A DNA stretch of 41,990 bases from positions 1 through 41,990 of IMG/VR virus record IMGVR_UViG_3300042868_009723. One strand, 5' to 3'. Position 1 is the stretch's first letter. Every line of letters begins with the position of its first letter. The notes below the pieces were generated by a model. It did not search any database and was not told where the DNA came from. It saw only the letters and a program-made list of their open reading frames with translations. Both the position numbers and the translations under genes were made by a program. The DNA comes from a virus. Its lineage: Duplodnaviria > Caudoviricetes. This document shows positions 36,528-41,990 of the stretch, one piece after another.

Positions 36528-37087
36528 TTAGCGCCTCGTATTCTTTCTTTGATATATTTTACACCAACCATATGGTACCTATCGTGGTCGCCGTAGTTTA
36601 CTGCTGTGTGTAACTTAGTGGTGTTCACTTCGTAGCTATTACCTGCTTTTAGATTAGCATGATATACTGTTACAGTTGTATCGTCCCCGGGCATAACATC
36701 GTAGAATGTTAGAAATGCTCTGCTGTTAGTAACAATTGGTATGTGTAGTCTAATGTTTTCTCTAAAAGGTAACCCGTCTGGATGAATAGAATATGTCGCC
36801 CGCGGAATTACCTTCAATAGCCTCCAGCGATAAAAATCTGGATAGCGACGAATGCACTCTGCAATATATGTGCCTTCTAGATATTCGTTGATTTTATTAA
36901 AGTAGCGTTCTGGGTACTTAAGTAAGTGACGCTTACCTGTACTATTGATCCAGTTGTTCTCACCGGCTAGACTAGTAAGACTAATCTGAGGATGTTCTTC
37001 AAGCTTGAAATGCTCGATTAATTGATATATTTCTTTAGCCAACAGCTCGTGGTCTATATCTGTGTGTATGAGTTTTGTAAAGTTCAT
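36524..37087 (-). CDS. aspartyl/asparaginyl beta-hydroxylase-like 2OG oxygenase
   Basis: YSIHPD, RLHIPIVTN, HTAVNYGDHDRYH; start taken at MNFTK; TAAATA at 37103-37108. Confidence 0.75.
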   Translation of the reverse strand: MNFTKLIHTDIDHELLAKEIYQLIEHFKLEEHPQISLTSLAGENNWINSTGKRHLLKYPERYFNKINEYLEGTYIAECIRRYPDFYRWRLLKVIPRATYSIHPDGLPFRENIRLHIPIVTNSRAFLTFYDVMPGDDTTVTVYHANLKAGNSYEVNTTKLHTAVNYGDHDRYHMVGVKYIKERIRGAK

Positions 37088-37145
37088 GTATGCTACCAAA
37101 AATATTTAATACTAGTGGTGTAAATAAATTTCGTTTTTTGGTAAC

Positions 37146-37691
37146 TTATTCAACTCTCCATGATGTTGTGTTCAATTTAATATTAGTTGGCCAATCACCC
37201 TCGGTAAATGACTTGTCGTGGAACCGTAGTTCATTCGTTGGCATGATGCACAGTCTGCCATTGTCTAGTTCTATAAACATAAACTCTTTAGACTGCGATG
37301 GATGCATACTGTAACCATCGTTCATGGGAATAGCAGTAAACAGATATCGACCAAACTCTCCACTGCTGCGAATCTCTGCTCGCTGAGTGTTTAGATAATC
37401 ATAACTGACAACTGAGAACTGATCACCGTAGCAATCCCATATCTGTGTATCTTCAAGCACCCATTCTGGTTCTGGGTCTGCAGAAAATGCCAGAGCATGT
37501 GGCGGAACACTACGCCAGACAGCACCACATTCCAACATTACATGGCAACCCCATGAGTGTCCAGGTTTTGAATGTAATGCAAACCAAACACACGGTTCAA
37601 AGGTGTACGGTTCTATATCTTTACGAATGAATGACGAATCTACCCAACAGTAGATATGATGAGGAATATTTCCTGATCCTGTGTATAACAT
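37146..37691 (-). CDS. hypothetical protein (181 aa)
   Basis: Clean ORF, aromatic/Cys-rich; no motif recognised. Confidence 0.7.
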   Translation of the reverse strand: MLYTGSGNIPHHIYCWVDSSFIRKDIEPYTFEPCVWFALHSKPGHSWGCHVMLECGAVWRSVPPHALAFSADPEPEWVLEDTQIWDCYGDQFSVVSYDYLNTQRAEIRSSGEFGRYLFTAIPMNDGYSMHPSQSKEFMFIELDNGRLCIMPTNELRFHDKSFTEGDWPTNIKLNTTSWRVE

Positions 37692-37715
37692 ATTAACCCT
37701 TAATAAAAAATAAAA

Positions 37716-38576
37716 TTACCACTTGCGACAGCTCCAATAACGTGCCTTTGTTCTTGGACCAGGATTATCACAGTTGTGTCTTGCCCGGAAACTTCTACGT
37801 CTTGCAGGGTTTGACTTTTTAATTCTCATATTAGGGTCACCAAAGTTAACTTTGACTACATTGCCTTTGGGATTTTTAACATACACTTTAAACTTCTTAA
37901 CATCGCCCTGCATAGGTTTACCTAGCGGAACATCACGACCCTGATACTCAGCTTCTGTTAATGCATTAAATAACTCGTCGTCAGCATGTAATACAATACC
38001 GTCAGCAGCAATAGACTCTACCCAAGTGGACAACATTTCAGACTCTGATAACTCAATGTCAAAGTAGTCACCTACCGCAGGCGAATCAATCCTCTCCCAA
38101 TCCATATTCTCAATAAGACCGGCTTTGTGAATTTCTCGCCCAATGGTTACTGCTTCTGAATACGACTTGCTACCATAGCGTAATATGCTTTTAGTAAATG
38201 GCACGCCTTCTTTTATGTGGCGTAACGCTGTAATGAAAGTGTTGACACTTTCAGTTCTTGATCTTTTTAGTGTTAATGAACGCTTGCGTTTCATCTGAGG
38301 TGTTGCTAAGTCTGATAGTACTTCATTATATCCTCTTAGCATACTCATAAAAGCATCCATGCTTTTATTGTTGAGTATACGTTCAAGTTGATCAGGACTA
38401 CCATCGATCATATCGGCGAAGTCTGAGAGGCGTTGCTTAAGTCTATTTTTAAGAGTGTTTAAGGAATATACTCCGACACCATGTACATATACTTCTATGT
38501 TAGCAGGATCGAAATCGCCTGTATCCTTAATGGACGCATGTCTTTTTTCACCGGAGCCTAATTCTGATATCTTCAT
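37716..38576 (-). CDS. modular hypothetical protein with capsid-targeting-like leader and basic C-terminal H/C/C domain
   Basis: MKISEL leader; LTE/AEYQGR...SFRARHNC...ARYWSCRKW; AAGGA SD and TAAATA at 38606-38611. Confidence 0.75.
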   Translation of the reverse strand: MKISELGSGEKRHASIKDTGDFDPANIEVYVHGVGVYSLNTLKNRLKQRLSDFADMIDGSPDQLERILNNKSMDAFMSMLRGYNEVLSDLATPQMKRKRSLTLKRSRTESVNTFITALRHIKEGVPFTKSILRYGSKSYSEAVTIGREIHKAGLIENMDWERIDSPAVGDYFDIELSESEMLSTWVESIAADGIVLHADDELFNALTEAEYQGRDVPLGKPMQGDVKKFKVYVKNPKGNVVKVNFGDPNMRIKKSNPARRRSFRARHNCDNPGPRTKARYWSCRKW

Positions 38577-38618
38577 TTGTGATATTCCTTAAACTAATAT
38601 GCAAGTATTTATCAAAAA

Positions 38619-38783
38619 TTACTTGCCTTGTCCTCGGTAAGCCTTATAGGTTGCACGCTTACGCTTGTTCATTGTGGAAAATTTAATTGAACTGTGAGTT
38701 GAACCAATTGTGGTTTTACCCTTTGCTTGACTACTAAACGAAACTTTTGATCCTTTATTAGAACCACCACTTGATTTTGCCAT
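38619..38783 (-). CDS. small very basic protein (54 aa)
   Basis: AAGGAG SD, TATAAATA at 38818-38825; MAKSSGGSNKGSKVSFSSQAKGKTTIGSTHSSIKFSTMNKRKRATYKAYRGQGK*; below the ORF-track cutoff. Confidence 0.8.
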   Translation of the reverse strand: MAKSSGGSNKGSKVSFSSQAKGKTTIGSTHSSIKFSTMNKRKRATYKAYRGQGK

Positions 38784-38847
38784 TGTGTTACTCCTTGTGT
38801 GTTATATAATAACGCATTATTTATAAAAACACACTATTATCAGTAAC

Positions 38848-40107
38848 TTATGATTTAAACATCGAATCTACTTTGTTAATAAAACCGTTAAAATAGTTTT
38901 CGTTGTCTTTTAGGCTTTTGTACAAATTAAAATTATGTTGCAATATATCAGACATTTCGTACATCATATCGGCTAGTGTCTTATGGCTATATCCTGATAG
39001 GGTTTGATATAGTTTAAAAAGAGCTTTAAAGCGTTCATTTGGGTCTAGTATGTCATCGTAACTCTCATCCCACCAGCCATGAAAAGTTTTAAATCCCATG
39101 CTACGCAAATGTTTTAGAATGCCTGGTTGTCCCATAACAATAAATGGGTGCAGCATACTAATTGGTTTAAATGTTTTTTCGCTAATATCTAATTCATATT
39201 CTAACGGTTTAGTAGCAAATTTATAATCGCTGTACCAAAAGAATGTTTCTGTTACAAAGCTGATATAACCTTCTTGATAAAATCTTCTACTTGATGGCAA
39301 ATCTAGAGTGACAGGATTGATATCGCTTATAGTCCTGATATCATAATACCACGGTAGTGTTTGTATCATTGACTCTGGTACGGGCTTAAACACAAACGAA
39401 TCATTCTCAATCTCATAATCATCAAACAATGGAAATGTATAGATATTTTCTGCTAGTAATTGATTGACATACAATTCTCTGGCAAATTGTAATCTATGCT
39501 GCCTAACTGTTCGATTCAATGATATTAATTTCTTAGGACGTCTATACCTGCTTTTAATTAGTTTTAGATTTTCCCACCATTCTTGTGATTGTGCTGCTTC
39601 ACTCCAAAACATTGAACCATTAAAACTAAAAATTTCATAAGGAACATCGGTGTATGGTTTTAGATTTGCAGTTCCGAGTAATATGTTTTTATGATCTATA
39701 CCATATATTTCAGAGGTGTTGCAAATCATGTCATGAGTCATATCATCGAACCCTTTCATATGATAAGTGATATCATACCCTTCGGAACTATGGTCTATAT
39801 ATAATTTACATAGACCTTTATCAATGTCTTTTAATATTTTTGTAGAGATATCAAACGAATCTACACAAACATTTTCTTTAACTGATGCAACAACAGGGTC
39901 AAAAAATATAGGGTAGATATAGCAATCCGTTGCGTCCCTATCAACAGATGGTTTTAGTTTTTGACTCTTGTAGAAGTGATCCGGGATAAACTGCTGTTCA
40001 TTCCAGTGCTTGATCCACGATAATGGTTTTTTATCTTTGATACGCTGAATGTAGTCTACGGTGAATCCGTTGGCTTCTGAGATAGGATTTTTAAAAACTT
40101 TAAACAT
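38848..40107 (-). CDS. hypothetical protein with GT-B/fucosyltransferase-like C-terminal motif
   Basis: SLNRTVRQHR; FVTET...ISEKTFKPI...PFIVMG...GFKTF..WWDESYD; TAAATA at 40116-40121. Confidence 0.55.
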   Translation of the reverse strand: MFKVFKNPISEANGFTVDYIQRIKDKKPLSWIKHWNEQQFIPDHFYKSQKLKPSVDRDATDCYIYPIFFDPVVASVKENVCVDSFDISTKILKDIDKGLCKLYIDHSSEGYDITYHMKGFDDMTHDMICNTSEIYGIDHKNILLGTANLKPYTDVPYEIFSFNGSMFWSEAAQSQEWWENLKLIKSRYRRPKKLISLNRTVRQHRLQFARELYVNQLLAENIYTFPLFDDYEIENDSFVFKPVPESMIQTLPWYYDIRTISDINPVTLDLPSSRRFYQEGYISFVTETFFWYSDYKFATKPLEYELDISEKTFKPISMLHPFIVMGQPGILKHLRSMGFKTFHGWWDESYDDILDPNERFKALFKLYQTLSGYSHKTLADMMYEMSDILQHNFNLYKSLKDNENYFNGFINKVDSMFKS

Positions 40108-40180
40108 TATGCTTATATTTACTTGAGTATGATAGCAGTATTATATTAATCCGAGTAATAGTTTTTATAGATCGTGTCAT

Positions 40181-40209
40181 AAAAAAACCCGCCGGGTGGC
40201 GGGTTTTTT
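40181..40209 (-). terminator. rho-independent terminator (bidirectional geometry)
   Basis: AAAAAAACCCGCC-gggt-GGCGGGTTTTTT. Confidence 0.9.
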
Positions 40210-40236
40210 ATTGATTAAAAATTTAAATGATTAATA

Positions 40237-40887
40237 TTAATCGTTCCAGACTAAACTGTTGCCCACAATACTTGCATTGTACACTTCAATGCCGCCCATG
40301 CCCCATGATGTCATGTTAACTTGTAAACCTGTACCGTTAGTATCTATGGTTCCAAATGTTTGAACTCTAGTGAATCCACCTGCTTGCGTATTTGCTGGAT
40401 TTGAATTCTCATCAGTCCATACACCACCATCTACGATTTCAACGGCTGTAGCAACACCTGCGTTAGATGCTGTTACACGAACTTTTAGTGGTGTAGCAAA
40501 CGATGCATGACGGAATTCAAACTCGTCGCCCACGTCATTTAATGTACCGCCGGCACGTAATGTAATAGCTAACACTGTGTCACTGCCACACATTTCAGCA
40601 ATATCTGCACCTAGGCTTGTGATAATACCAGTAGTAGCACCTGCGACTGCACCAGGAATACTAGAAATTCTAGCAGAAAATGTAAAAAAGTTACCATCTG
40701 GCAAACCTATCATGTACAAATCAGTAGTTTTTTGTAATGCTCTTACTGCTTGAGCATATAAGCTATTGCTCAAGCTATAGTCTGTTTCAATATCTTCGCC
40801 CATGTCTACTACGAAGAATCCCAATTCTGGGGTTCCCATTGTGTTAACAGGGAATGCTCTTTGCCAATCCGGTGATGTTTGTGGCAT
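40237..40887 (-). CDS. hypothetical virion-like protein (216 aa)
   Basis: GAGGA SD, TAAATA at 40919-40924, own terminator; G/T/A-rich. Confidence 0.7.
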   Translation of the reverse strand: MPQTSPDWQRAFPVNTMGTPELGFFVVDMGEDIETDYSLSNSLYAQAVRALQKTTDLYMIGLPDGNFFTFSARISSIPGAVAGATTGIITSLGADIAEMCGSDTVLAITLRAGGTLNDVGDEFEFRHASFATPLKVRVTASNAGVATAVEIVDGGVWTDENSNPANTQAGGFTRVQTFGTIDTNGTGLQVNMTSWGMGGIEVYNASIVGNSLVWND

Positions 40888-40931
40888 ATTAAATCCTCTT
40901 TAAACCATTAGTTACAAATATTTATTAAAAA

Positions 40932-41963
40932 TTAAGTTGCTACAAACAAGCTAGTGTGACCCTTTGACTTGGCCCATTTAACAGCAGCTTTCTTAGCATC
41001 ACTGTAGCTCATGCCATGTAACTCAACATAGTCCTCGCCTTCAACATCTTTGCTAAAGTTAATGCCCCCGCGATGTGCAACAAAGAACCAACTACCTTGG
41101 CCACCTGGCTTTTTACCGTGCGTGAATTCATAGTCTGTGTTACTAACTTCAGCTTCATCTAGACTATTCAGTTTTTGACTTACGGCTTGCATCAACGGTG
41201 AAAGTAGTTGCTTTACTTCCTGCGGATCCATGACATCTGTTAGTGGCCACTCTACTTCACGCTCTAGTGTTTGCAGCACTTGTCTTAGTACATCTTCAGG
41301 TTCGCCCCATTGGCTGCTTTCTGTTGCACCAACTAGCTTGCCTTGATATGGGTGAGGACTCTCGCCGCCCATGCTAGGCTTAAATTTCTTAGGCTTGTCC
41401 TTAGTAGTTACTACATAGTTAGGACGCTTATCGCCCTCCGCAACACCTTGCTCTTCGTTTGTTTTATCGCGTTTTCTTTTTAGCAGTGCAATCTGAGAAT
41501 CAATATTTTTGCGAGCAATTGGACTTGATACTGAATTCTTTTTACGAATTAAATCAGCAATCTGTGCGCTAACATCATCAGCCTCTTCTTTAACACTACG
41601 ATCGTCTTTAACAACTGTAGCATTAGATCCGCCGCGCATATTAGAAGCTCGCGCACGCTTCTCAGCCGATTCTTTATCTTGATGGTAACTGATTGATTGG
41701 CCATTACGCATCACGTAATAGCCAGCTGGCTTTTTATTAGGAAGGTCAGCTTCTTCGTCCATCTTCTTGTAATCATCGTAGCTGATGTACAAGTCAGTGT
41801 CTGGATCGTAATAAGAACCTTCTTGTGGATCGTAGTACACTACCTTACCGTTGCGTAAGCGGAAAGGCCCTTCTAACCCGCTGCGTGGTTGATATTTTTC
41901 TTTATCAATAGGAGAAATAGGAGGAAGTACTTTATAGCCTTCTACGATATTTGTGATCTTCAT
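40932..41963 (-). CDS. modular protein with capsid-targeting-like leader (343 aa)
   Basis: MKITNIVE/G leader; short domains separated by MDEE, VKEE, VAEG, ATES, LDEA linkers. Confidence 0.75.
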   Translation of the reverse strand: MKITNIVEGYKVLPPISPIDKEKYQPRSGLEGPFRLRNGKVVYYDPQEGSYYDPDTDLYISYDDYKKMDEEADLPNKKPAGYYVMRNGQSISYHQDKESAEKRARASNMRGGSNATVVKDDRSVKEEADDVSAQIADLIRKKNSVSSPIARKNIDSQIALLKRKRDKTNEEQGVAEGDKRPNYVVTTKDKPKKFKPSMGGESPHPYQGKLVGATESSQWGEPEDVLRQVLQTLEREVEWPLTDVMDPQEVKQLLSPLMQAVSQKLNSLDEAEVSNTDYEFTHGKKPGGQGSWFFVAHRGGINFSKDVEGEDYVELHGMSYSDAKKAAVKWAKSKGHTSLFVAT

Positions 41964-41990
41964 TAGTTAATTGTCCCCGAATACCAAATA

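Noticed and set aside
41967-41990. End of an upstream minus-strand gene (...YLVFGDN*)
   Set aside because: Only seven codons lie in the window, too few to support a call.

Overview
A 42 kb segment of a large, AT-rich, T4-like (jumbo myovirus-type) phage genome using the standard genetic code. Genes run mostly on + until 33716 and on - after that. Core and auxiliary genes: nrdA, nrdB, glutaredoxin, ATP-dependent DNA ligase, a PD-(D/E)XK nuclease, a DEDD exonuclease, Fe/Mn SOD (partial), ferredoxin, peptide deformylase, a SpeD-like decarboxylase, a GH6 glucanase, an S8 protease, a PAAR-like spike, a 904-aa fibre/baseplate-like protein and tRNAs Thr(TGT), Arg(TCT) and Leu(TAA). Interspersed is a large set of modifying enzymes (radical SAM, 2OG-Fe(II) oxygenases, glycosyltransferases, SGNH-like, AsnB-like, SDR). 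Two promoter classes are readable: host sigma70 TTGACA/TAtaaT and T4-late-like TAAATA. Most interesting signals: (1) a family of modular proteins sharing a capsid-targeting-like leader and hydrophobic-x-Glu linkers, suggesting protease-processed, head-packaged effector polyproteins (kinase+HAD phosphatase, ADP-ribosyltransferase, nucleotidyltransferase); (2) two unannotated structured RNA candidates (21307-21395, 26785-26889); (3) repeated TAAATA-N5-ATG leaderless late genes; (4) a Cys-less pseudo-radical-SAM/S8/AsnB-like cluster; (5) N-x-S/T-rich virion proteins alongside many modifying enzymes. All family calls come from motif recognition by eye; no searches or folding programs were run.
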